A program made the translations under genes and the position numbers. Of a stretch of 40,319 nt of DNA, positions 10,738-19,973 are shown in pieces; the stretch's first letter is position 1, and each line of letters opens with the position of its first letter. Source of the stretch: Candidatus Bathyarchaeia archaeon (GTDB lineage Archaea > Thermoproteota > Bathyarchaeia > Bathyarchaeales > Bathycorpusculaceae); NCBI GenBank assembly GCA_037481775.1, contig JBBFKZ010000015.1:1-40319 (forward strand), in the 5' to 3' direction. Below the pieces are notes generated by a model. The model did no database searches, was not told the origin of the DNA, and was given only the letters and a program-made list of their open reading frames with translations.

Positions 10738-11217
10738 TTATAGTTTTTTCGTCATTAGGTAGGCGTTTTCGCCGTCCGAGTAATACCCCTCAATTATTCG
10801 ACTGACTTCGAAACCGAGTTTCTTGTAAAGTGAGATGCCTGCAGTGTTTGTTACTCTTACTTCCAAGTAGCATTGCTTCGCCTTGTAATAGCGCATTCCC
10901 TCCATAGCTGCGGTCATCAGCGCCTGCGCTACGCCTTTACGCCGGCCCTCAGGCAAAACTGCAATTGAGACTACATGTCCTTTTCTTATTAATCCGCCTA
11001 AGCCGAAGTTTGATAGGCCAACTTCGATGCGGCACATTATGTAGCCGATTATTTTCCCGTTTTCCTCTGCTACAAGGAAGGTTTCAGGGAAACGCTGATA
11101 TAAGTCAATGAAGAAGAAGTCGGTGTAGTTCTCGGGCAAGCATAAGCGGTTAATTTGCATTACGCTTTGCAAGTCGTTTGGCGCAAATTTGCGCAACTTA
11201 AACGTCTGCTGCATCAT
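10738..11217 (-). CDS. N-terminal acetyltransferase, Ard1/RimI-type GNAT
   Basis: CLPENY, GHVVSIAV, RRKGVA, LEVRVTN, YYSDGENAYLM. Confidence 0.92.
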   Translation of the reverse strand: MMQQTFKLRKFAPNDLQSVMQINRLCLPENYTDFFFIDLYQRFPETFLVAEENGKIIGYIMCRIEVGLSNFGLGGLIRKGHVVSIAVLPEGRRKGVAQALMTAAMEGMRYYKAKQCYLEVRVTNTAGISLYKKLGFEVSRIIEGYYSDGENAYLMTKKL

Positions 11218-11405
11218 TTCGCCTTCTTAAACGAGAAAATCCCAATCAAACTTAAATCTTACGCTTAAGCCGTCATTACACTTAATGATTTTTCTATATT
11301 AAACGATGGTAACCAATAGTACGATTATAAAAGTTCGCTGTAAAACTTCCCCACAGACTGTTTTATATCTTAAAAAAAGATTTTTCTGAAACCTATTAGC
11401 TTACT

Positions 11406-12680
11406 TTACCCGTTAATTGATTTGACTTCTGGCAGCGTAAATGCGCCGTAGGGCATAACCCACACCTTGGCAGCTGAACCCGCCAGCCTCAGCGCTTCGC
11501 TTAACGCGTCATTAACCGCCCGCGCAGTTTTCAACTTGAAGATGTTTGTGGCGTAGTAATCAGGCAATGAAGACACCAAGATTATCTGGTGGCGCTGTAA
11601 CGCCCTTAGAAGATAGTACGATTTATGCCCACCCATGACAAAGTTATGCTTAATCTCGCGTTCAACTTTCTTTAAATCCCCTAACCGCATCATCCAATCA
11701 TAAAAAACCGCGTTTCCATGTCCCTCAGCGCACTCAGCTACTAGGATTATTACGCCATTTCGTTTAACAATATCTAAAGCATTATCCACAGCCTTATACG
11801 CTTGATAAAGATCGATGTCTGCGGGGTAGCCTCCGGCGCTGACAACAGCAATGTCAGCTCTTTGATCCACCGGCACACGGTACATTTCGTCAACAAGCTT
11901 AACTGCCTCGTTAAACGCTTGCTCTAAATCGCCCGCGAACGCCTTTACGATTTCGTCTTTACTGTTGGTTACAACGTTCAAGATGAAGTCTACTTTCGCC
12001 AGCCTTGCCGCTTCAGTCATATCTTCATGAACAGGATTACCCTCCAAAACGCCAGTGCGCGCGCTGGCATGCAGAAGCATCGCGTGATTGTGCCTGATGG
12101 TTTCCTCGCCTGCCACTGCGGGCAAAACGCTTTTGCGTCCGCCACCGTAGCCTGCGTAATAGTGAAAGCCCACATCGCCCAAGAGCACTTTGACGTCTGC
12201 CTCTGCAAAAACGCGGTTCAAGTAAACCTTGTTGTCATGCGTTTTGGTTTTGCCCACGTAAACTAAGTCTGGCGCCTTGCAGTCGTGGCTAATGGTTTTC
12301 ACGCGCTTAAGCGCTTCTTCGCCAAGCAAACTCGCGGCTTCTTCGGGTTTAACAGCCCTGTGGGTGCCGCAGCCAAAGATTACCGTAACATTCTCGTCTT
12401 TAACTCCAGCCGCGTTCAACTCCGCCAGTACCGGCAGAATCATAGCGTGGCTGGGCGTGCTTCTTGTGAAGTCATCCACTACTATGGCAACTTTATGCTC
12501 TGGCTTGGCGATTTCGCTTAGCCGCTTAGAGCCGATAGGTTCTCTTAAGGCTCGCTCTATTTCCGCCCTAGCATCAGGCACGCCAGCCTGCTCTTTGGGT
12601 TCTATTGAGCCGAGAAAATTTCGTGCGGGGATTCTGGCGCATACCTCGCTTTTCCCGTAGGGAAGCCAAACATCTACCAT
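11406..12680 (-). CDS. larA: Nickel-pincer-dependent lactate racemase family protein
   Basis: DDFTRSTP, GCGTHR, HYYAGYGGGRKSVLP, NPVHEDM, GGYPADIDLYQAYKA; substrate not determinable. Confidence 0.88.
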   Translation of the reverse strand: MVDVWLPYGKSEVCARIPARNFLGSIEPKEQAGVPDARAEIERALREPIGSKRLSEIAKPEHKVAIVVDDFTRSTPSHAMILPVLAELNAAGVKDENVTVIFGCGTHRAVKPEEAASLLGEEALKRVKTISHDCKAPDLVYVGKTKTHDNKVYLNRVFAEADVKVLLGDVGFHYYAGYGGGRKSVLPAVAGEETIRHNHAMLLHASARTGVLEGNPVHEDMTEAARLAKVDFILNVVTNSKDEIVKAFAGDLEQAFNEAVKLVDEMYRVPVDQRADIAVVSAGGYPADIDLYQAYKAVDNALDIVKRNGVIILVAECAEGHGNAVFYDWMMRLGDLKKVEREIKHNFVMGGHKSYYLLRALQRHQIILVSSLPDYYATNIFKLKTARAVNDALSEALRLAGSAAKVWVMPYGAFTLPEVKSING

Positions 12681-12784
12681 AGCTTATCACGCGTTTGTGA
12701 TGGAAAAGTAAGGCAGAAAGCAGCTTTTAAGGCTTAGCCCAAAATTTTCGCGTAGCCCAAAAAAGGAGGAAGTACGTGCCCAGT

Positions 12785-13792
12785 TCATTCTTTTTTGATT
12801 TTGCCGCGAAGCATCACTACGGGGCCTAGGAAAATAAATGCGGCACACCACAAATTGGGATTATGAAATGGGCCTATCACTTCATACCAAACGCTTGGGT
12901 GAGCTTCATAGCCTCCGGTAAGGAAATAGCTGATTGTGTTGAATATGAAGTAGCCGCCAAAAGCTGTGATTACTGCGCCTATGCGGTTGAGACTTAGTTT
13001 GGCGGGCTGCTTCTTGATGGCGGGTAAAGTTGTCGCCAGAGCGGATGTAGCTATCAAGAAAAGTCCAAAAACCGTTGCTGCGAAACTTGCAAAGTTTACC
13101 GGCTGAAACAGGAAATCCGCGCCAAATTCGTATTTGCCCTGCGCATGTGGGTACGGCACCATAGCTGCTGCCCACAGCATGGAATAGTTAAACCAGAAAG
13201 CCGTAAACAAGTAGGCGACGCAGGAGAGGCAACTCCACTTCATGACATCCGGATATGGCGCGTGCCGCATGATTTTTTCTCTCAACTTCAGCAGAGGCGG
13301 GGGAATAACCAGCACCATGGCGAGGCAAGGTATGGCGGTGCCGTAAAGTAGAAGCGGCTCTGGCGTGTGATCAAAGTAGAACAGTTGCTCGGTTGATAAA
13401 TTGTATGCGAAAGCTGCGATTACTGAAGGAATAAACGAAAGGTAAAAGGCTGCTTCCATAAGCAAAGCGATGCTTGCGTTCCGCTTAATCAATGGTAGTG
13501 CCGCCTCTTTCTTCCTCCAGAAGAGGAAAGCAGCATGTAGAGCGAAAAATCCACCTATCACTCGAAGAAACAGGCCCAATGCGCCTGAAACGCTTTCGCT
13601 GCCATAGTATAGAATTGCCCACCACCAGGGATTCTGAGATATTAAGTTGTAAACGTAGGTGTCTGATGCTAATTGTATGCTGAAGCCCAAGCCGTATATC
13701 AGAAAGTAAAGGGCATAGCCGAAATAAGCGCAGACTACAATGAAAATCCAGAACTCGAGGGAACCACTGTATTTCCGAAGCCATTTCCCCAT
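12785..13792 (-). CDS. Hypothetical polytopic membrane protein
   Basis: 335 aa, about 8 hydrophobic, aromatic-rich segments. Confidence 0.75.
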   Translation of the reverse strand: MGKWLRKYSGSLEFWIFIVVCAYFGYALYFLIYGLGFSIQLASDTYVYNLISQNPWWWAILYYGSESVSGALGLFLRVIGGFFALHAAFLFWRKKEAALPLIKRNASIALLMEAAFYLSFIPSVIAAFAYNLSTEQLFYFDHTPEPLLLYGTAIPCLAMVLVIPPPLLKLREKIMRHAPYPDVMKWSCLSCVAYLFTAFWFNYSMLWAAAMVPYPHAQGKYEFGADFLFQPVNFASFAATVFGLFLIATSALATTLPAIKKQPAKLSLNRIGAVITAFGGYFIFNTISYFLTGGYEAHPSVWYEVIGPFHNPNLWCAAFIFLGPVVMLRGKIKKE

Positions 13793-13839
13793 TGGAACCT
13801 GCCCCTTTTCTGCTATTAAATTGGCTCACCGGCTATTTA

Positions 13840-13878
13840 GTTCTAATTAGGGAACAAGATGTTCCAATGCTGGAACAA
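13840..13878. promoter_or_regulatory. Tandem palindromic sites GTTC-N8-GAAC x2 (candidate operator)
   Basis: GTTCTAATTAGGGAACAA (13840-13857) and GTTCCAATGCTGGAACAA (13861-13878), offset 21 bp, upstream of the 335-aa gene. Confidence 0.55.
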
Positions 13879-13898
13879 CCGCAACAATAAAAGAGAGG

Positions 13899-14357
13899 TT
13901 ATTTCCCTTGTTTCCTAAATCGCGCGCCTTCTATGAGAAAAATTGCTGCGGCAGTAATTGTTATTATGGTTAGAAGCCAGAAAGAGCCTTCAATGGATGT
14001 TCTAAAAAACAAGTGGGGAATCAGTATTGCAATTTCTGTAATTAGGATGCCCAGAAAAATGAACCCGAAAAGTACAAAACGTGGAATGAGAGTTTTTCCT
14101 AGCCACACGTGGCCCTTAAGCCCTACCTTTTCTTTTGCAACATAATTGCCATATTCATCTTTTAGCACTAAGCCTAGGTCAATTAGTTTCTGTAAATTTC
14201 TATATGCTACACTTGGGCTTGTGAGGTTTGCGCCGCGCATCACTTCTCTTGGTCCAACGGGCTTTCCAGCTTTAACCAGATAGACATACGTATAGAAGGC
14301 AGTAGCGTTAAGCTGATCTTCAACATTTTCAGGCGTAGCCACCGAATTCACACACAC
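13899..14357 (-). CDS. Membrane-anchored winged-helix transcriptional regulator
   Basis: wHTH (PVGPREVMRGANLTSPSVAYRNLQKLIDLGLV...YGNY) followed by two TM helices. Confidence 0.8.
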   Translation of the reverse strand: MCVNSVATPENVEDQLNATAFYTYVYLVKAGKPVGPREVMRGANLTSPSVAYRNLQKLIDLGLVLKDEYGNYVAKEKVGLKGHVWLGKTLIPRFVLFGFIFLGILITEIAILIPHLFFRTSIEGSFWLLTIITITAAAIFLIEGARFRKQGK

Positions 14358-14533
14358 TCAGTCAACAGTTTATATCTGCAGTAGGTTATCTAAAGGTTGA
14401 TTAATTCAATATCAAGAGTGCAAAGTGTGTTTAAGCTTTTGCATAGCTTTAAACTGCTTTTTTAGGCGCTGGAATTGGCAATAATTCAAAAACTTTAAAC
14501 CTTCATCCAGCGAATTTATCAATACACAATTAA

Positions 14534-15601
14534 GTGGTTGACTTGTCTTCGCCGTATCATTACATGCAACTTCCACGAGAGGTTATCGTTGGAAAAAGCA
14601 ATTTGGCCCGCATCAAGGAAGCCGTGCAAAGGCTTGGCTTAAGCGGCTCCGCCCTAATAATCGCCGGCGCAAAAAGCTACGAGATAGCGGGAGCACGCGT
14701 TCGAGACCTCCTCGCTCAAGCGGGCATGATTGTGGATGTGCTTCTGGTTGAAACCGCAACAATAAAGGATGTGGCCTTGGTCGAGGAGAGAATAAAAGCG
14801 TGGAAGCCTCGTGTAGTAATCGGCGTGGGCGGCGGAACCAAAATCGATGTTGCAAAATTGAGTGCAAGCAATCAAGGCATCCCGTTTATCAGCGTGCCCA
14901 CCACCCTTTCTCATGATGGCGTCGCAAGTCCATTGGCCTCCGTCAAAGGCGCAGACAAGCCCTACTCGATTATGGCGCAGGCTCCTCTGGCGATAATTGC
15001 AGATACAGAAGTGATTGCACAGGCGCCGTGGCGCTCCGTCATAAGCGGATGCGGCGACGTAATCGCAAAGTTAACCGCCGTTAAGGATTGGCAGCTGGCG
15101 CATGTTGAAAAAGGCGAGTATTACGGAGAGTACGCGGCTAGCTTGGCCCTTATGAGCGCCAGATTAGTAATGAAGAACGCTGAGCTGATAAAGCCTGGGA
15201 ATGATGAAGGCTTAAGGGTACTTTTGGAGGCGTTGATAAGCTGCGGGGTAGCGATGAGCATCGCAGGTAGCAGTCGTCCATGCAGCGGCTCGGAGCATCT
15301 GTTTAGTCACGCTCTAGACATGGTGAAGTGTCCGCATGGCATGCATGGTGAGCAGTGCGGTGTGGGTTCAATTTTGGCTGCTTATCTTCACAAGGCAAAT
15401 TGGAAAAGAATCAGAGACACGCTCAAGCTGATAGGTGCGCCTACAACGGCAAGCGAGTTAGGCGTGAAAGACGAGGATGTGGTTAAGGCTTTGGAAATAG
15501 CCGCGTCTATACGGCCTGAGCGATACACTATTTTCCATAAGCTGAAGTTAGATCGGGAAGTATGCGAAAAAATAGCGAAAATAACTGGAATAATTAGCTG
15601 A
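14534..15601 (+). CDS. egsA: sn-glycerol-1-phosphate dehydrogenase [NAD(P)+]
   Basis: GVGGGTKIDVAK, PTTLSHDGVASP, SRPCSGSEHLFSHALD, HGEQCGVG. Confidence 0.95.
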   Translation: MVDLSSPYHYMQLPREVIVGKSNLARIKEAVQRLGLSGSALIIAGAKSYEIAGARVRDLLAQAGMIVDVLLVETATIKDVALVEERIKAWKPRVVIGVGGGTKIDVAKLSASNQGIPFISVPTTLSHDGVASPLASVKGADKPYSIMAQAPLAIIADTEVIAQAPWRSVISGCGDVIAKLTAVKDWQLAHVEKGEYYGEYAASLALMSARLVMKNAELIKPGNDEGLRVLLEALISCGVAMSIAGSSRPCSGSEHLFSHALDMVKCPHGMHGEQCGVGSILAAYLHKANWKRIRDTLKLIGAPTTASELGVKDEDVVKALEIAASIRPERYTIFHKLKLDREVCEKIAKITGIIS

Positions 15602-15634
15602 ATTCTATCCTGAGGTTTCTAATAAAAAGAGAGT

Positions 15635-16381
15635 TTAGCTTTTTGTTTCTGTTTTTGCCTCGGTTTTGGTTTCGGGTTTAGCGACGGTTTTCGGCTCAAT
15701 TTTGAAGGTTTCAACAAATTTTACTTCGGCTAGTTCGGATAGGAATCGCTGCATGTCCATGGCGATGCCTCTTTTTGCAATCTGAATTCCCTCGAGGTAG
15801 AATGTGTCTTCAGGCATCTCTATTGTTAAGGTTTTTTCTTGGATGGCGAATTTGAATTTTTCCGAGTCCACAACGGGGATTCTGCGGTGAATTAACGCTG
15901 CGATTTTCTCTTCTTTAGTTTCGAGTTTTTTGCTAACCGTGACGTCGTAGACAAGTGTTTTTCCCGCTAGGGGCGGATTAAAGTCTAGGAGCACTCGTCC
16001 AGCGCCGATTGAGCGCACAGTAGCCATTTTTCCGTTGTATTCAACGCGCATTCCGATGGCTGGCGTTTCTCCCTTCGCTGTTAACTGCTTCAGTGGAACA
16101 CGCCTGATTTTTTCAGGATCTCTCTGCCCGAAGGCTTTTTCAGGGGGGATCTCCACGGTAGCGGCTTTGCCTACTTCCATATTAATTAGGCTTTCATCCA
16201 GCGTTTTAAGCACCCATCCTTCGCCAACAACTACGAGTTTCGGCTCGTATATTTCGCCTTCCTTGTAGAGCTTCTCTTTCTTGGCAGTTTCTTCGCTTGT
16301 TGTTTCGAAAACTTCGTTAGTTTCTTTCACTTTAGCTGTGTAATTGATTAGTACGAAATCGCCTTTTTGTAAGGTCATCAC
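15635..16381 (-). CDS. FKBP-type peptidyl-prolyl isomerase (long archaeal SlyD-like)
   Basis: GDFVLINYT, VFETT, IPPEKAFG, DFNPPLAGKTL plus archaeal C-terminal domain. Confidence 0.92.
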   Translation of the reverse strand: MMTLQKGDFVLINYTAKVKETNEVFETTSEETAKKEKLYKEGEIYEPKLVVVGEGWVLKTLDESLINMEVGKAATVEIPPEKAFGQRDPEKIRRVPLKQLTAKGETPAIGMRVEYNGKMATVRSIGAGRVLLDFNPPLAGKTLVYDVTVSKKLETKEEKIAALIHRRIPVVDSEKFKFAIQEKTLTIEMPEDTFYLEGIQIAKRGIAMDMQRFLSELAEVKFVETFKIEPKTVAKPETKTEAKTETKS

Positions 16382-16568
16382 AACATCATCCTTTGTTTTG
16401 ACGGGTCGAAGTTAAGTTTCACACGCTAATAAAAACATTTAGCTTAAATCACAGATGCTCCGCTATTGAATACGGCGTATACAGCATTTTTTGGGCATTA
16501 AGATAATCCAGCGCTAAAAACGTAGCACATGCTTGTTTTTCAATGCAACCTTAGCAAGCGTCAATGGT

Positions 16569-16621
16569 GATAGCCCCTCTATAGGTTTCTGCATTGAATT
16601 GCTAATATGCGGCAAATATAA
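16569..16621 (-). repeat. 53-bp non-coding element, copy 1 (inverted relative to copy 2)
   Basis: Reverse complement TTATATTTGCCGCATATTAGCAATTCAATGCAGAAACCTATAGAGGGGCTATC matches 29701-29753 at 50/53. Confidence 0.92.
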
Positions 16622-16852
16622 AGGCGCGAGTGTGTTTTTGGCTTGTTAGTTTTTTATGGGTTTATTATTTCACAATTTTGTGTAACGTTTAAATGTTACA
16701 GTTCTTTATTTCTATCTTTAAAATTTGATTTCAAATATATATTGGTGATTGAATTTACCCAACAATACCTCGCCTCATTTGAAAATAATTGTCTATACCG
16801 TACTTTGTTTCCTTTTTGTAGGCTTTTACCACTTTGTTAAGGTGGAACAAGA

Positions 16853-17842
16853 ATGATTATGGAGTTTATCGAAGAAATATTGAAGTTAACGGTTCTTGCA
16901 GGATTAACGTTGGCGGGAATTTTGGTTATTCTTATATGGAAAAAGAATTTGGCAACTAGAGTAACTTACCTACGTTTTCTTATTCAAGTAGTCGCCATGG
17001 TCTCAGTTTTCTACTTGTTTACCTACCCTGTATGGCAACTTATTGTGTTAATTGTTATTCTGGTTTTGCCTCTTGTTTTGGGGCGTTTCTTCTGCGGCTG
17101 GCTTTGCCCGTTCGGTTTATACATGGATGCAATCACTCTAATTCGTAAAGGCCTCAAAATACGCTATCGAAATCTCCCAGATAAACTAAACAAGTTTCTA
17201 CACCAATTCCGCTATGTGCTGCTGCTCTTCTTTTTAATAATACCTGCCGTTCTCAACTTAATTGATCCGCCGCCTGCGGAGTCTCTTACGCTTATGACGC
17301 TAGTTTTAGCCGGTCCTTTTGAGCCGTGGCGAATCCTGCTTGGGCCTGTCATACCGCTTATTGTGCCTTGGAAGGGACCGTTGGAAATCAGTGGCGTATA
17401 TTTCAGCTATCCCTACGTTCAAGAAGTAATATACTATTCCAAATTCTTATCCATAGAAGTTTTCACTACCATTATGGCTTGGGTCTTCGTGGCTCTGACT
17501 GTTATTGGCTCATTCTTTCTGCGGCGCGTCTGGTGCCGATTTTGCCCAACAGGTTCCTCAATTGCCGTCATAAACAGGTTCAGAGGTTTTAAGTGGGCGC
17601 CTCTGCTTCATATTAATAAGGATGAAGTGAAATGCACTAAATGTGGAATCTGCAAACGCGTCTGCCCTGTCCAAGTCACAGATGTCTATGATCAGAAAGG
17701 CGGCAAAATTATGACTTCAATGTGCATGTTATGTACGCGATGTGTTGAAATGTGCCCTTATGAGGACTGTTTGAAAGTAAACTTTGGCCGAAAAACCGTG
17801 TTTAAGTCTCGAAATTGGCTAGAACCATCAAAAGTTGAGTGA
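16853..17842 (+). CDS. Membrane-bound polyferredoxin, NapH/MauN/NosR-like
   Basis: TM helices, two CxxxCP motifs (CGWLCP, WCRFCP) and two 4Fe-4S motifs (CTKCGICKRVCP, CMLCTRCVEMCP). Confidence 0.88.
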   Translation: MIMEFIEEILKLTVLAGLTLAGILVILIWKKNLATRVTYLRFLIQVVAMVSVFYLFTYPVWQLIVLIVILVLPLVLGRFFCGWLCPFGLYMDAITLIRKGLKIRYRNLPDKLNKFLHQFRYVLLLFFLIIPAVLNLIDPPPAESLTLMTLVLAGPFEPWRILLGPVIPLIVPWKGPLEISGVYFSYPYVQEVIYYSKFLSIEVFTTIMAWVFVALTVIGSFFLRRVWCRFCPTGSSIAVINRFRGFKWAPLLHINKDEVKCTKCGICKRVCPVQVTDVYDQKGGKIMTSMCMLCTRCVEMCPYEDCLKVNFGRKTVFKSRNWLEPSKVE

Positions 17843-19178
17843 GAACGCAATGAAAAACCCCGATGAAGAAAAGAAATACATGCTTGACATTTCCCCAAAG
17901 GAAATTGAAGATTTAAAAGCCACTATCAGAGCTATTTCCAAAAAGATAACTGCTGAATACATTGAAAGAATGCAAAAAACGGACAAAAATCGTCCCGAAT
18001 CCATGCGGTACTTCGATGAGATAGCAGATTTTGAGAAGCGAGAAAAGGAGCTCCTTGCAGCAAAAGAAAGCGGAAAAAAAGTCGTAGGCTACATGTGCTT
18101 GTTCGCGCCTATAGAGCTGATTCTAGCTGCGGATGCAATTCCAGTCCGCGTCAATTCTGGCTGGTATGATGCGGCGAAGCTTGGCGACCGGGTTGTGCCC
18201 GTTGAAGTTTGCCCGATGGTGCGGTCAACTATAGGCGCAAAAATGATCGGGTTGTCACCTTATCTTGAGCTAAGCGACGCTTTAATAAGCGGGTTAACCT
18301 GTGATGGCATGACTAAATTAAGCGAAATCCTAAGCGATTACAAGCCCGTCTGGACCATGGCGGTACCGCGGCTCAAGGATACCTCGCAATCTTTGGGCTT
18401 TTGGAGAGAGGAAATGAAGACTTTAATAAAGCATATCGAAGAATTAACGGGAAATAAAATAACTAGAAGCAAGCTGAAATCTGCGATAGAACTTACTCAG
18501 AGGGCAACAAAGGCTTTCCGCAGACTGCAGGAAATACGAAAGGGCAATCCCGTTATTATGGGACGAGATGCCATGCTGGTTAATCAAACATACATGTGGG
18601 ACGACATAAAGCGGTGGACTGAAAAGACGGAAGCATTATGCGCTGAGCTTGAAGAACGCGCTCGCCAGAAGAACTGGGCATGTCCGCCGGATACGCCGAG
18701 AGTTATGGTTACTGGCACGCCGATGATATGGCCGGACAATTGGAAGCTTCCGTCAATTATTGAGGAAGCTAATCCTCAGGGTGTTCTCGTTGCCGATGAG
18801 CTTTGCTCAAGCGAAAGAATTCTCTACGATCCCGTTGGTGTAGATGAATGGACGATGGATGACATGCTTAACGCCATAGGCGAGCGGTATATGATGGCGT
18901 CCACTTGCCCCTGCTTCACTTCCGCTGATGGAAACAAAGACCGAGTCAACTGGATATTGAACAAGGTTAAGGATTGGAAAGTCAGCGGCGTAATCTACTA
19001 TGTAGTCCGCGGCTGTATGCTCTACGCTATGGAGTACATGCGCGTCAAGAAAACTCTAGATCGCATGCGCGTTCCCGTTTATTATTTGGACACTGAATAC
19101 ACGCGGGAAGATGTTGGCCCGCTGAAAACAAGAGTTGAAGCCTTCTTGGAGATGCTTACCGCGAGAGTTGATATATAG
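17835..19178 (+). CDS. 2-hydroxyacyl-CoA dehydratase/benzoyl-CoA reductase superfamily catalytic subunit, double-cubane cluster protein (DCCP)-like
   Basis: GYMC88LFAPIELILAA, EVC126P, LTC156DG, ELC324, TC358PC, RGC394; C-terminal TEY...LKTRVEAFLE. Confidence 0.8.
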   Translation: MSENAMKNPDEEKKYMLDISPKEIEDLKATIRAISKKITAEYIERMQKTDKNRPESMRYFDEIADFEKREKELLAAKESGKKVVGYMCLFAPIELILAADAIPVRVNSGWYDAAKLGDRVVPVEVCPMVRSTIGAKMIGLSPYLELSDALISGLTCDGMTKLSEILSDYKPVWTMAVPRLKDTSQSLGFWREEMKTLIKHIEELTGNKITRSKLKSAIELTQRATKAFRRLQEIRKGNPVIMGRDAMLVNQTYMWDDIKRWTEKTEALCAELEERARQKNWACPPDTPRVMVTGTPMIWPDNWKLPSIIEEANPQGVLVADELCSSERILYDPVGVDEWTMDDMLNAIGERYMMASTCPCFTSADGNKDRVNWILNKVKDWKVSGVIYYVVRGCMLYAMEYMRVKKTLDRMRVPVYYLDTEYTREDVGPLKTRVEAFLEMLTARVDI

Positions 19179-19186
19179 AGGTGTAG

Positions 19187-19969
19187 TTGATGATAACAGC
19201 TGGAATAGACTTAGGCACTCAAAGCGTGAAAGTAGTCATCTTGAAAGACGGCACAGTAGTGTCCCGCGGCAAAGCTTTTTCCGGATTTGATCCGGCTAAA
19301 GCCGCTGAACAAGCCTTCGACGAAGCGCTGAAGCAAGCGGGCATTTCAAGCAGCGATGTGCTTCATGTTACTGCCACTGGTTCAGGCATGGACTTGGCAC
19401 CTAACGCTCACAGCACCGTCAGCATGATGGGCGCTGACGCAAAAGCGGGGGTTTACCTTTTTCCAACCGCGCGAACCGTGGTAGATGTGGGCGCTGAAGA
19501 AGCAAGAGCGGTGAAATGTGACAATAAAGGAATTATGGTGGACTTTGTGGTTAATGAGCGATGCGCGGCTGGCGCGGGTACCTTCATCGAGGCCATGGCC
19601 CGAGCCTTAGAGGTAAAATTAGAAGAGATGGGTCCGCTTTCACTTAAAGCCGAGCGCGCAAGCTCGATTAACGCTTCATGTGTTATCTTCGGAGAATCAG
19701 ACGTGGTTAGCTTAATTCATAGGCAAGAATCAAAACCCGAGATTGCAAGAGCCATATTTGATGCCATGGCTGACCGCGTCTCCTCCATGGTGCACAGGCT
19801 GGGAATAACTCCTGATGTTGTGCTGGTTGGCGGCGTCGCAAAAGATGTTGGTTTTGTCGCATCGTTAAAAAGGAAGCTTGGCATTGAGTTACTAATACCT
19901 GAACACCCCGAGTATGCTGGCGCTTTAGGCGCCGCGCTTATCGCTGTTAATCGCGCCAAAAAGGTGTAG
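19187..19969 (+). CDS. ATP-dependent electron-activating subunit, BzdP-like (BcrAD/BadFG/HgdC family)
   Basis: ASKHA motifs GIDLGT and VDVGAEE, ERCAAGAG, SCVIFGESDVVSL, GALGAAL; GAGGTG ribosome-binding site. Confidence 0.85.
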   Translation: MMITAGIDLGTQSVKVVILKDGTVVSRGKAFSGFDPAKAAEQAFDEALKQAGISSSDVLHVTATGSGMDLAPNAHSTVSMMGADAKAGVYLFPTARTVVDVGAEEARAVKCDNKGIMVDFVVNERCAAGAGTFIEAMARALEVKLEEMGPLSLKAERASSINASCVIFGESDVVSLIHRQESKPEIARAIFDAMADRVSSMVHRLGITPDVVLVGGVAKDVGFVASLKRKLGIELLIPEHPEYAGALGAALIAVNRAKKV

Positions 19970-19973
19970 AAAA

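Noticed and set aside
15635-15700. KTE-type repeats at the FKBP C-terminus
   Set aside because: Low-complexity charged tail, not the His-rich metal-binding tail of SlyD.
16569-16621. Replication origin (ORB) or fluoride riboswitch call for the 53-bp element
   Set aside because: Spacing differs from TTCCAGTGGAAAC-AAAGGGG, there is no cdc6 and copies are 13 kb apart; the fluoride riboswitch consensus is not matched. ORB kept only as a weak alternative.
16643-16840. 65-aa ORF upstream of the redox operon
   Set aside because: AT-rich promoter-like DNA giving an F/L-rich translation; TTG start without a ribosome-binding site.
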